Notes: generated by a model from the sequence alone, not told the origin. A stretch of 63,798 nucleotides of DNA, filler included, from Octopus bimaculoides (GCF_001194135.2; 7 parts of 7 records of this genome joined end to end with filler, not necessarily neighbours in it); one strand, 5' to 3'. Shown: positions 26,607 through 39,640, counted from the whole stretch's first letter. Numbers and translations: made by a program.

Positions 26607-28059
26607 ATGAAATGAAATTCGGATTAGAAAAATGTGCCAAAGCAACCCTGAAAAGAGGAAATTTAGTTAAAAGTAGCAATATAACACTAGATAAAGCCAA
26701 TGAAATAAGAGAACTAGACGAAAGCCAACCATATAAGTATTTAGGAGTCAATGAACTGGATAGGATACAACATACACAAATGAAAGAAAAAATAAAGAAA
26801 GAGTACTATAGACGAGTTAGATCAATACTAAAAACAGAGCTCAATGCTAAAAACAAGATAATGGGTATCAACACTTTAGCTGTCCCAGTTATAAGCTACA
26901 GCNNNNNNNNNNNNNNNNNNNNNNNNNNNNNNNNNNNNNNNNNNNNNNNNNNNNNNNNNNNNNNNNNNNNNNNNNNNNNNNNNNNNNNNNNNNNNNNNNN
27001 NNNNNNNNNNNNNNNNNNNNNNNNNNNNNNNNNNNNNNNNNNNNNNNNNNNNNNNNNNNNNNNNNNNNNNNNNNNNNNNNNNNNNNNNNNNNNNNNNNNN
27101 NNNNNNNNNNNNNNNNNNNNNNNNNNNNNNNNNNNNNNNNNNNNNNNNNNNNNNNNNNNNNNNNNNNNNNNNNNNNNNNNNNNNNNNNNNNNNNNNNNNN
27201 NNNNNNNNNNNNNNNNNNNNNNNNNNNNNNNNNNNNNNNNNNNNNNNNNNNNNNNNNNNNNNNNNNNNNNNNNNNNNNNNNNNNNNNNNNNNNNNNNNNN
27301 NNNNNNNNNNNNNNNNNNNNNNNNNNNNNNNNNNNNNNNNNNNNNNNNNNNNNNNNNNNNNNNNNNNNNNNNNNNNNNNNNNNNNNNNNNNNNNNNNNNN
27401 NNNNNNNNNNNNNNNNNNNNNNNNNNNNNNNNNNNNNNNNNNNNNNNNNNNNNNNNNNNNNNNNNNNNNNNNNNNNNNNNNNNNNNNNNNNNNNNNNNNN
27501 NNNNNNNNNNNNNNNNNNNNNNNNNNNNNNNNNNNNNNNNNNNNNNNNNNNNNNNNNNNNNNNNNNNNNNNNNNNNNNNNNNNNNNNNNNNNNNNNNNNN
27601 NNNNNNNNNNNNNNNNNNNNNNNNNNNNNNNNNNNNNNNNNNNNNNNNNNNNNNNNNNNNNNNNNNNNNNNNNNNNNNNNNNNNNNNNNNNNNNNNNNNN
27701 NNNNNNNNNNNNNNNNNNNNNNNNNNNNNNNNNNNNNNNNNNNNNNNNNNNNNNNNNNNNNNNCTGGAAATAGAGATAACTCGAATGTGGAATCTAAAAA
27801 CAAACAATTCCTATCATAGTAGGTGCCTTAGGTATAATAAAAAAATATTCAGACAAATACATAACAAAAATAGCAGGACTTACAAATATATATAACATAC
27901 AGAAAATTGCACTACTGGGTACTGCACACATTCTACGCAAAACACTTTCAATACAGTAAACATAAGAGCACCACAGCAAACCACAGCACATACCCAAGGC
28001 GCACAGAGCTGCGCTCGGTAGTGAAGTGAAAGCACGTTATAAAAATAAAACTACTGAAC
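26607..28059 (+). mobile_element. 5'-truncated R4/Dong-like non-LTR retrotransposon inserted in (TAA)n
   Basis: MKFGLEKCA...YKYLGV...IKKEYYRRVRSILKTELNAKNKIMGINTLAVPVISYS, then a gap (26903-27764), then LEIEITRMWNLKT/TIPIIVGALG...IQKIALLGTAHILRKTL* (stop 27957-27959). (TAA)n lies on both sides. Confidence 0.88.
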
Positions 28060-28094
<35 letters not shown>

Positions 28095-28197
28095 CATCAA
28101 AAATACCTTAGGAATGAGAACTCAGGTTCGAAATTTCTACAAGTCACCTGATGAAGGTTGGAGGGTATATCAGCCGAAACGTTGTGCCCTTAACATA
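28060..28197 (+). mobile_element. Family D tail (remainder of the copy split by the Dong-like LINE)
   Basis: (AAT)n acaacatcaaaaataccttaggaatgagaactcaggttcgaaattt...cctgatgaagg...ccgaaacgttgtg. Confidence 0.85.
28145..28186 (+). ncRNA. Minimal type-I hammerhead motif with intact core
   Basis: CAC CUGAUGA A GGUUG gaggguauau CAGCC GAAAC GUU GUG. Stem I is 3 bp, stem II is 5 bp (one G.U), and stem III is the palindrome AACGUU. Confidence 0.65.
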
Positions 28198-28212
28198 ACT
28201 CTGAAGAATACA

Positions 28213-28403
28213 AGGCGGCGAGGTGGCAGAATCGTATTTCGTCCGTCGCTATGCGTTGAGTTCAAATTCCACTGTGATCGACTTTGCATTTCATCCCTTC
28301 GATGTCGTTAAATTAAGTACCAGTTGCGTAATGGAGTCGATGTAGTCGACTAGCCCACTCCCGCTCCAAAATTTCAGGCTTTGTGCCTATAATAGAAAGG
28401 ATA
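28213..28403 (+). mobile_element. SINE family C
   Basis: aaggcggcgaggtggcagaatcg...ttgagttcaaattcc...aaaatttcaggctttgtgcctataatagaaagg. Confidence 0.85.
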
Positions 28404-29155
28404 GTTCTCAAGAATACGCATCCCTAATTTGGCAAGACAGCCACATATTAAATATGATGTCTGATCGATAGGGTGATCTCCTCTAAGGTCACCTAGTACA
28501 AAATTTCACTTAGAAGACTCGTGGGGAAGAAAGCATGTGGTAAATGACAATTGTTAACTTACCTAATGGCAGGATCGAACCAAAATCTCCTTGGTTGCGA
28601 ACCAAGCTTCTTAAAAATTCAACTATGTCACGTCTGTAAGTAATACGTGTAATTATATAAAAACTATAGACTTGTGTTTCATGCGCCATTTTGCTTGATC
28701 TAACGGAAGTTGTTTCCCTTGTTGTTGCTTAAAATCAGCTTAGACTTGTATAAGAAGATCTTCGATTAAAGATGCTACAGTCAAGATTATCATTTATTTT
28801 GCAGACACAGGGTATTTACAATTGTCTAATCCACCGTGGCCGTCGGGTTTAAAGAAAACAGTGAATATATTCAGTGATATTTTGTAGCTATTTATAAGCG
28901 GATAACGACTCCCTTATTTAAACTGCAACTGTAGCAATACGTCTCTGATTGTGTTTGTCATAGCAGTCGTTGAGGTTATGGAACCAGTAAATAAACCTGT
29001 AGAAAAAGTAGGCGCGAGATGTGGTAAGAGTAAAATACTTCTCCTAGTGTGATAAACTTAAGATGGCGACGCTAGGACTACTGCAATTTCTTCATCATCA
29101 TCAACATCTTCACTACCACCACGAGCATTAACTCCAACCACCTCCACCACCACCA

Positions 29156-29194
<39 letters not shown>

Positions 29195-29538
29195 NNNNNN
29201 NNNNNNNNNNNNNNNNNNNNNNNNNNNNNNNNNNNNNNNNNNNNNNNNNNNNNNNNNNNNNNNNNNNNNNNNNNNNNNNNNNNNNNNNNNNNNNNNNNNN
29301 NNNNNNNNNNNNNNNNNNNNNNNNNNNNNNNNNNNNNNNNNNNNNNNNNNNNNNNNNNNNNNNNNNNNNNNNNNNNNNNNNNNNNNNNNNNNNNNNNNNN
29401 NNNNNNNNNNNNNNNNNNNNNNNNNNNNNNNNNNNNNNNNNNNNNNNNNNNNNNNNNNNNNNNNNNNNNNNNNNNNNNNNNNNNNNNNNNNNNNNNNNNN
29501 NNNNNNNNNNNNNNNNNNNNNNNNNNNNNNNNNNNNNN

Positions 29539-29579
<41 letters not shown>

Positions 29580-29580
<1 letters not shown>

Positions 29581-29733
29581 ACGACGGACTTGTTTCAGTT
29601 TCCCACTAACAAATCCACTCAAAAGTTTATGATCGGCCCAAGGTTATAGTAAAAGACTGCTGCCCAAGGTGCCACCCAGTGGGACTGAACCTGCAACCAT
29701 GTGGTTAGGAAGGAAATCTCTTACCACACAGCC
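29580..29733 (-). mobile_element. SINE family A, 5' half
   Basis: cagtttcccactaacaaatccactc...cccaaggtgccacccagtgggactgaacc. Confidence 0.8.
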
Positions 29734-31829
29734 AATGTGTCTCAGAGTGTCTGTTACATATGTGTATTTACTTTTACATATGTATGTGTTTATATTTCGT
29801 CACACACAAACACACACATACATATATCCATATATAAAGGATGCACATACACTCGCACCCGCGCACACATACGCGCACATATTTATGCCCCTGGCCTTCC
29901 CCGATCTATGATGAAAAGCATCGGAATGGTTCCAACCCATGAACTTAATAGAATTGTATCATCTTCCATTTTTATCAAGATGGTAATCTATGATTTGCGG
30001 GACGTGTGATATCTATTCCACGCAGGGCGACCCACTCTATATCCGTTCCTTGTGAAGAAAAGAGCTAACGCTCATTTTAAACGTACAGCTAGGCAATAAA
30101 CTACCCGAAACTTATGTGAACCAAGGTAGATTCATAATATTCTCTACGAATAATTAGTTACAATAATTCTTGTTGTTCTGGTTGTGGGTTTGACAAAGGT
30201 GACGGGTGTACTAAAGGTTACAGCTATTTATTTATATATTTACTTGAGGGCAATGGTAACGCTATCTTGATACGTGTTTATAGTTAGCACCAATTGACAT
30301 GACAAAGATATCACCTTGCAACGCAAAAGGTAATGAAACGACAAATTCTTTAGAAATTTTTTTTTTCTATTTTCCGACACTAATTCATTCTTTCTTTCCT
30401 TTTTTTCCCCTCTTGATTATATCGTCATACGTTTCAGACACCCTCCTCGTCACATTTCTTTCTTTCTTTCTCCCTTTTGTATATATATATTTTTTTTTTT
30501 TCATCCTGGCGTTTGTTGTTATCTTTGTCGGAATCGATTCATCTATCGTTCTCTTGTTCTCTTCATAAGACATATTTTAATACTTTGGCAAGCAAAAAAA
30601 AANNNNNNNNNNNNNNNNNNNNNNNNNNNNNNNNNNNNNNNNNNNNNNNNNNNNNNNNNNNNNNNNNNNNNNNNNNNNNNNNNNNNNNNNNNNNNNNNNN
30701 NNNNNNNNNNNNNNNNNNNNNNNNNNNNNNNNNNNNNNNNNNNNNNNNNNNNNNNNNNNNNNNNNNNNNNNNNNNNNNNNNNNNNNNNNNNNNNNNNNNN
30801 NNNNNNNNNNNNNNNNNNNNNNNNNNNNNNNNNNNNNNNNNNNNNNNNNNNNNNNNNNNNNNNNNNNNNNNNNNNNNNNNNNNNNNNNNNNNNNNNNNNN
30901 NNNNNNNNNNNNNNNNNNNNNNNNNNNNNNNNNNNNNNNNNNNNNNNNNNNNNNNNNNNNNNNNNNNNNNNNNNNNNNNNNNNNNNNNNNNNNNNNNNNN
31001 NNNNNNNNNNNNNNNNNNNNNNNNNNNNNNNNNNNNNNNNNNNNNNNNNNNNNNNNNNNNNNNNNNNNNNNNNNNNNNNNNNNNNNNNNNNNNNNNNNNN
31101 NNNNNNNNNNNNNNNNNNNNNNNNNNNNNNNNNNNNNNNNNNNNNNNNNNNNNNNNNNNNNNNNNNNNNNNNNNNNNNNNNNNNNNNNNNNNNNNNNNNN
31201 NNNNNNNNNNNNNNNNNNNNNNNNNNNNNNNNNNNNNNNNNNNNNNNNNNNNNNNNNNNNNNNNNNNNNNNNNNNNNNNNNNNNNNNNNNNNNNNNNNNN
31301 NNNNNNNNNNNNNNNNNNNNNNNNNTGTGTGTGTGTGTGTGTGTGTGTGTTTGTGTGTATGTGTGTGTGTATGTGCGTGTTTACCTGTGTGGTTGTTTAA
31401 ACAGAGACATAACGTAATGTTGGCGTTGAGTGAAGGGTATTATTTAAGCTCTCGACTCGGTCATCTCGTGACAGGTAGGGTTACTTTTGTATTCTTATAC
31501 AAAATAATTAATTCTACACACCTCTTTGTACATAGGAGCGGGACACTGCTTTAAAATTTATTTCGCTGCAGAAATATCCTCAAGAGAGTCATTGACTGAA
31601 AATTGAAAATACATACGTGATATCTTCAACACTCGTTAACCTTTTTAATCCCTCAATTTTTTTGTATCCCCGTCCCTTTTCTTTAGAATGGTTAATGTAT
31701 TTTATTTTAGTATAAAAGGGGAGTTCATTGTCAACTGGATGAGCATAAATAACAGTAGCTAACAATAATTTGAAGTTTAAAACGAGCAGAAATGTGCTAC
31801 GTCAGTTTCTGACAATGTAAAAGTTTCTC

Positions 31830-31893
<64 letters not shown>

Positions 31894-31914
31894 TGTAGTT
31901 GTAGTAGCAGCAAT

Positions 31915-32030
31915 CGTTTCTAGTACAGGTACAAAACCTGAAATTTTAGGAGAGTGGACTAGTCGATTACATCGACCCCCTCTAAATGGTATTTATTTTA
32001 TCGATCCCAAAAGGATGAAAGGCAAAGTCG
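31915..32030 (-). mobile_element. SINE family C, 3' half
   Basis: cctgaaattttagg...agtcgattacatcgacccc...aaaggatgaaaggcaaagtcga. Confidence 0.8.
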
Positions 32031-32622
32031 AGCAGCAGGCTTCACTTTCCTGGTCATCGGCAGCAGCCACATCAACATCAGTTTATAACGTAAGGAAAAT
32101 AGCAATAGTAATAACGGCTACATTGTTGCCATGGCTACCGATGGTAATTAATTGTTGCAGGAAGGTCAGTTCAACCCGGGTTCTGTGTCTCTTGAGAGAT
32201 TTAAATATCCCTTACTCTTTTCGCCTCATTATGTTTTTGCACTATTTTTTTCACTGTGTTTCTCGTACTATTTCGCTAACAAAGTGATGAGGTATGTATC
32301 TCTACATAGCTTTGCTTCTCTGAATTTCAAATGGTACGTCGTGGAAATATGCCACAGTTCTGGTCTTCAAGTACTTTATATGAATAAGCCATGAATGCAT
32401 CAACAGAATCGAATTTTTAAGATAAACACAGAAACGCAAAATTAAAATTTGCTGTTTAAATTTGCTATTTTATCCCATTTGTTAATATATAATCTGATTT
32501 TCAAAAAGACTCGCGCATATTTATGAATTTCTAATGCCTTTAATTATCTTTTAAAAACATCCAAGGCGCACCTAAACATCCCGTAGGTATTTTATTTCAA
32601 TATGACTTGCGTATACACTTAC

Positions 32623-32647
32623 CTAAGAAACTTGATATCGCTTTGCT
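32623..32647 (-). CDS. Candidate 25-nt micro-exon
   Basis: Minus strand ttagttgcag | AGCAAAGCGATATCAAGTTTCTTAG | gtaagt. Open as SKAISSFL(G) or QSDIKFL. Confidence 0.25.
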
Positions 32648-32689
32648 CTGCAACTAATCAATATATATTGAAGCCTCAAAGATATACTC

Positions 32690-32965
32690 TTTTACTCTTT
32701 TATTTGTTTCAGTAATTTGACTGTAGCCATGCTGGAGCACCGCCTTTAGTCTAGCAAATCGACCCCAGGACTTATTGTTTGTGACCCTAGTACTTATTCT
32801 ATCGGTCTCGTTTGACGAACCGCTAAGTTTCCGTCTACCAAATCCACTCACAAGGCTTTGGTCGGCCCGAGACTACAGTGGAAGACACTTGCTCAAGGTG
32901 CCACGCAGTGGGACTGAACCCGGAACCATGTGGTTGGTAGGCAAGCTACTTACCACACAGTCACT
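32690..32965 (-). mobile_element. SINE family A with internal deletion of the microsatellite segment
   Basis: Junction gaaccgctaagtttccgtctacc joins tail to body through a GTTT microhomology. Confidence 0.85.
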
Positions 32966-33169
32966 CATGCCGCAGCTCTTATTATAAGGATGGTAACAGG
33001 CTATTTGATGTGAGTTCCTATCCCGGTGAGGTCGACTCTATCATTAATAATCGCATGGTTGTTAAAATATGTACCAGAGAAGGACTGTGAAAGATTACAT
33101 CGACTTTATCCAAGTCCCTATAAAACTGTTTAGTTTTTTTCTCTATGTTCAATTTCAAAATTACTACTT

Positions 33170-33600
33170 TTATTGTGGTGATGAACTGGCAAAATCCTTA
33201 GCACGCTGAACGAAACACTAAGGGATATTTCGTCCGTCTTTACGAACTGAGTTCTACTTTCGCCATTTCGGGGTCGATAAAATATGTACCTGTTGAAAAT
33301 ACCGAGGTTAATGTAATCGACTAGCCGCTTCTCCTGAACTTGCTGGCCTTGTGACAAAATTTTAAACCAATATTGTCTGTTTCATTAAGGCAGTGAGATG
33401 GCGGTATCGTTAGCACTCCGAGTAAAATGCTTTGTGGTATTTTGTTTGTCTTTGCATTTTGAGTTCAAATTCTGCCATGGTGGACTTTATATTTCATCAT
33501 TTCGGAGCCGATAAAATAAGTACCATTCAAGCACTGGGTTTGATATTATCAACTTAACCCTTCTCCTGGAATTACTGGGCCTTGTACCATAATCTGAAAT
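33170..33600 (+). mobile_element. Two head-to-tail SINE family C copies
   Basis: Cores at ~33240 and ~33460. The second head aaggcagtgagatggcgg starts right after the first tail. Confidence 0.8.
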
Positions 33601-33920
33601 CAAAATTACTACTTTTATTACACAGATGTGTCAAAGTGGCAGGTAAAATTTATATGGCATTTGATTACAAATCTCAATTTTTTTAATTTAGATCTAGAGC
33701 TGATCAATACCAACTATAGAACAAATGATTGCCAATATGATTCTGGAATTGGCTAGATCATCAATATCTGCCTAAATATAGATCGTGTGTCAGTTTGAGA
33801 AATCAATATTATTATTATCATAAAACAGATGAAGAACAGTAGTATCACTGGGGGAATCTATTAATTTTGCATTAAATTCCATCCGCCTTTCTTTCTTATC
33901 AGTTAAAATCGCGCAGCGAA

Positions 33921-33979
33921 CGATTTATATCATCCTCCTCTGCCGAGGAGGATGATATAAATTGCAGGCATATACCTGC
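33921..33979. other. 20-bp-stem, 4-nt-loop hairpin followed by a 5-bp-stem hairpin
   Basis: cgatttatatcatcctcctc TGCC gaggaggatgatataaattg, then gcagg catata cctgc. Confidence 0.9.
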
Positions 33980-34554
33980 GACTTAGAATTGCGAAAGCTA
34001 ACTAAATGACTGACTGAATTAAACGTTTATAGCTCATAAAGTTAAATCCAATATTTCGTTTTTATTTTTCACCCCAGGTATCGGAAATATATATCAGATA
34101 ATTTGCTAACATTACCTCCTACTAAATGGCTTTGAGTCTCGAATTTAAAAAAAAATTATGTAATATGAAATCAGAATTAAGATTTGTGATTTAAGTGAGT
34201 TCAATATCTAAAAAACTATTAATTTAGGTTTGTCTTTCATGTTTTAGAATGAATCTTTAGCCGACAATATTCGGAGATCTCTCTCTATATTGATTGACCG
34301 CATGCCTGGACATGGACAGTACATCTCAACATCGAAGGCCTGGTAAATAAATTTTTACAGCATATTATCATCTAATCATGTATGCATGGATTTATTTCCT
34401 AAGATGTTGAAGCTGGAAGAAGGGCCAACATAAGCTGGATACAGTGTCGTCGCAGACGTTGTAGTCAGAACGTTAAAATATTAAATCTCTGTTAATGATG
34501 TGTAGGTAAGTGGTATTTCGTTATACCACCAACATATGCTATAAAGTATACTCT

Positions 34555-34760
34555 CTTTATCTCTTTCATTTGTTTCTGTCATTTGACTGCGGCCATTCTG
34601 GAGCATCACCTTTAGTCGAGTAAATCGACCCCAGGACTGATTCTTTGTAAGCCTAGTACTTATTCAATCGATCTATTCTGCCGAACCGCTCTATTATGAG
34701 GACGTAAACTCACCAGCATCGGTTGTCAAGCGATGTTCGGGGGACAAACACAGACACACA

Positions 34761-34803
<43 letters not shown>

Positions 34804-35652
34804 GACGGGCTTCTTTCAGTTTCCGTCTAACAAATCCACTCACAAGGCTGTGGTCGGCCCGAAGCTATAGTAGAAGACACTTCCCCAAGGTGCCACGCAG
34901 TGGGACTGAACTCGGAACCGTGTGGTTGGTAAGCAAGTTACTTACCACACATTCAACACCACGTCCTATTGCGTTAGCAGTGCTTTTTACAATATTCTGT
35001 TAAGATTATTTCTACAGATATTCTACAGAGAGAATAAGTACTAGGCTTACAAAGAATAAGTCCTGGGGTCGATTCGTTCGTCTAAGCTTGTTGCTCCATA
35101 ATGGCTAGAGTCAAATGGCTGCAACAAATAAATGAATAAAAGATTATATATATGAAGAAAATAATATATATATATATATTCTTTTATACTTCTACATATT
35201 TCAGTCATTTAACTGCGGCTATGCTGGAGGACCGCCTTGAAAGGTTTTGGTCGAAGAAATCGATTCAAGGACTTATTCTTTGTAAGGCTAGTACTCATTC
35301 TATCGTTCGCTTTTGTCGAACTGCTAGGACACGGGAACCTAAGCACATAAACGTCAGTTGTCAAGAATAAGTACTGGTATCGATTCGTTCGACTAAACCT
35401 GGTGTTCCATCATGGCCCGTAATTGTGGTGGTGGTGGTGGAAACAAACTCAGACAGAGACACACACACACACACAAATACATACAGTGATGGATATACAA
35501 CAAGCTTCTTTCAGTTTTCGTCTGCCAAATCCAATGACAAGGCATTGGTCGGACCCCGGCTATAGGAGGAGACAGTTGCCCAAAGTGCCACGCAGTGGGA
35601 CTGAACCCGGAACCATGTGGCTGGGAAGGAAGCTTCTTACCACACAACCACG
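34555..35652. mobile_element. Cluster of SINE family A copies and fragments in alternating orientations
   Basis: 34555-34950 (-, full), 35030-35140 (+ tail), 35195-35340 (- tail), 35360-35420 (+), 35435-35652 (-). Confidence 0.85.
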
Positions 35653-36298
35653 CATATATATATATATATATATATATATANNNNNNNNNNNNNNNNNNNN
35701 NNNNNNNNNNNNNNNNNNNNNNNNNNNNNNNNNNNNNNNNNNNNNNNNNNNNNNNNNNNNNNNNNNNNNNNNNNNNNNNNNNNNNNNNNNNNNNNNNNNN
35801 NNNNNNNNNNNNNNNNNNNNNNNNNNNNNNNNNNNNNNNNNNNNNNNNNNNNNNNNNNNNNNNNNNNNNNNNNNNNNNNNNNNNNNNNNNNNNNNNNNNN
35901 NNNNNNNNNNNNNNNNNNNNNNNNNNNNNNNNNNNNNNNNNNNNNNNNNNNNNNNNNNNNNNNNNNNNNNNNNNNNNNNNNNNNNNNNNNNNNNNNNNNN
36001 NNNNNNNNNNNNNNNNNNNNNNNNNNNNNNNNNNNNNNNNNNNNNNNNNNNNNNNNNNNNNNNNNNNNNNNNNNNNNNNNNNNNNNNNNNNNNNNNNNNN
36101 NNNNNNNNNNNNNNNNNNNNNNNNNNNNNNNNNNNNNNNNNNNNNNNNNNNNNNNNNNNNNNNNNNNNNNNNNNNNNNNNNNNNNNNNNNNNNNNNNNNN
36201 NNNNNNNNNNNNNNNNNNNNNNNNNNNNNNNNNNNNNNNNNNNNNNNNNNNNNNNNNNNNNNNNNNNNNNNNNNNNNNNNNNNNNNNNNNNNNNNNNN

Positions 36299-36343
<45 letters not shown>

Positions 36344-36994
36344 ATTTGTATGTATTGTTATTAACCTTAGATTTATAGTTGCACGTTGGAGAAGATGTTA
36401 TCTTAATTAGTTCCACTTGGTTGATTTTCATTTGGAGATCGCGCTCTGATAATTTCACGAGTAGTAGTAGACGTAAGCTGCTTTTACTGTTACCGACATT
36501 CGAAGGAGACGCATAGCTAATTGATTGATTAACTGAAGTGTAAATATATGCTAACGCTGAAGTCTGTTTAGTTATGTAACATCTTTGTCACGTGGTTCTT
36601 TAAGTGAGGTTCAACAATGTACACACAAAAATAAATGAGTAGATCATCTCCGTTAAATACAGCATGGTCGCACCACTGAGAGAAATAGTAGCCAAATATT
36701 CCTCAACTTACGACGTGCTGACTTCAAATTGGAGTGGGATAGTCGATAATTTATTTAATCATTGATATGCAATACTCAAAGAAATTCCTACTAGGACTCA
36801 CCACAGGGATGATCTGCTAGGGCTGAACTGAGCCTAACTCAGGCCCTTGCATCTCCACTCATAAATATATCAGGCGTGTGTTCATACACACATGCCCTCT
36901 CTCCATTCATCCACACATCCATCCATCCATCCATCCATCCGTCCGTCCGTCCGTCCGTCCGTCCGTCCGTCCGTCCGTCCGTCCGTCCGTCCGT

Positions 36995-37036
<42 letters not shown>

Positions 37037-37223
37037 ATCTATCTATCTGTCTATCTAAATACGCACACACAAATGCATACCCATTGAAACCCATATTGTT
37101 GCTGTCATGTCTACAGCACGAAAAGTTTTTACATCCAGATGTTTTGCGACATATAAAGATATACATAGTTTTATCTGCTTCGAGATGAAATGTCCCCAAA
37201 AAGCATTATGTATGCACACACAG

Positions 37224-37256
<33 letters not shown>

Positions 37257-39640
37257 CACACTCACCCACACACGCAAACGCACATTATCAGGCAAATATT
37301 ATTGAGTATCTACATTTCTATCTACATCTGTATCTATATATCTATATTTATATACACACACACATACGGTAACAAGAATATTATATATATATACTGTATA
37401 CATACATACATACATACATACATACACACATAGGGTCATGTAAAGGTGTGTGTGTCTCTTTCTATATATAACGTATGTATATTACATTTAATTATCTTCT
37501 CTAAGATTTATTTACTTTGCCATTTGAATTCGACAGTTATAGACAGAAATAGGTACAAACTACGTCCCCCTTGGAGGAAGAAAATTATAAAATCTATTTC
37601 ATGAATTTCTATTTGTTTTCTTTCCTTTTTTTTCACTCAGCTAAACCAGTCTTGACCGTATATTATAGAGGTTCTTAATATAAACAATTGTTGAAATTTC
37701 AGTAGTGTTGGTATTTGCTGTATTTTTGATCGTTTTCTTCAAATGTTCATTTCGAAAATTCTAGTAAGAAAGATATAGTAATTTGCAATATTTACAATAC
37801 CCAATCGTCCTATTTCACGTGGCTATAATATCTAAGTTGTTTCGTTCTTTTCGTTGTCTTTATTGTCATCGTTGTGGTCGATATATTTGTTGTTATTCGC
37901 AATTTGTTTTTGTCTTTTGTTTAAAATTTGTCCATCCTTATTTCCTTTTCCTTTCTCCCCTCTGTCCATTTTCGTATTTCTGTCTCACCAGTTTTCCTCT
38001 TGTTCCTCTGCCGTTTCTTCAATCGTGTTTGGTTCGTGTCCAAAATTTTTAACAGCATATTATATTTGGCGAATTCGCAAATCTATTCCAAGGGAAATAA
38101 ATGAAATAAACGGAAAGTAACAAGATCTCGAAAACGAAAAGATATACAAATATACATATACTGATACATACATACATATATATAGCTACATAAACACAGT
38201 GGCAAGTATATGTGTGGATGTGTGTGTGTGTGGTTGTGCTAAAAGAAGGAAGAAGATAATTAAGGCAAAAAACAAACAACACTAAAAAATTCACTTCACA
38301 TGAGACGAGGTAATGTTTGGTATATAAATAGACACGGATATTAATGAAATATAATAATTCCTACATAATATTTTATTCCAGTTTAATGATCGGTTAGACA
38401 GTATTTATCAATGTTCGTGGTTAAAACGCTTGTGCATGATTTTAAGAGTTGACATACCGAAACCAATATAATGTTTGAATTCCTTTATTATTTCCACTTG
38501 AAAAAACTATGAAAGATTGATAAATATACTAGAGCTTTTCTTTTAAAACTTGGGAGTATTATACATAGAAAGTCGAATATGGCATACCTGCATAATGTAA
38601 CTGATGAAATTATGATCATTTCCATTCGTTAACTGTTGTAATTATTCCGCGTAGTTCTGATATCGTACTGCTGATTGGGCAGCGCTTATCGCTCTCAATT
38701 AGGAACTATGGACACATAGAAATACTCATAAGATCATTAGATTTCACTCAACTTTCTTTTTAAATTGAATGCTCATCTGCTAAATTAATCAGTTCCTAAC
38801 ATTTCCATCTTGTCGATAATCTCTTCCAATTACGTGATATTGCTTACATGAATATACATATATATATATTTTCACTATCACTTCATGAGATAAAGAAAGA
38901 TTTCCCGTCTGTCTTTCCTCTTCACGGTCAAACAGCTAGACCAATGGTTACGTTACTTTTCGGGATTACACAGGAGGTAATCAGGAAAGGTTCTAGCGAA
39001 CAAAAATGAGAAAAAGTATGATTATTTAGTGGATATTGAGTTTTGTATTAATAAATCACCTTTGAGTTTTCTTTTTAAATTCTTGCGTTGAGTACTAACA
39101 GTGAATTTCTCCGCCCCGTAGAGTTCATGAATTTAGACGGTTTTGATTTGCGATACTATCCCTCTATTTCCCATCGTAGATGGGCAGATTTGCTAAGTCA
39201 CTATAATGGGCGTCATGACCGTCTGTCTGTCCGTTTGTCTGTCTCTTTGTCTGTTCCCTCTTCAAGGCCAGACGGTTGGACCAGTGGTTACGATATTTTT
39301 CCTTATTACAAGGACAGTAGTAAAGAAGGTTTTTACCATTAAAAAAACAGAAAGTATGATTTTTACATGGATATCGATTATTGAAATGACAAACCTACTT
39401 TGCAGTTTTAGTAAAAATTCACCGACTACAAGTAACTCTGGATTTTCATCGTACAGTTAGAAGCCCCATCGTCGATACGAAGGTGGTCGCGAGGACGGTT
39501 AATAGCGAAAATAAAATGGAAAAAAGTGTATGTCAGTATATAGTGGTGTGATTATTCAGTGGTTATTAAAGTTTGTTAGTTTCGAACAGGATTCGAAATC
39601 GCTAATCAAAACGGCTGTTGTTTACATCTCAGTTTTATCT

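Noticed and set aside
28563-28633. Minus-strand exon with strong AG/GT signals (RDIVEFLRSLVRNQGDFGSILPL)
   Set aside because: The sequence resembles a decayed family A SINE head (aagaagcttg..caacca..ggttc), and it does not fit the phases of the other candidates.
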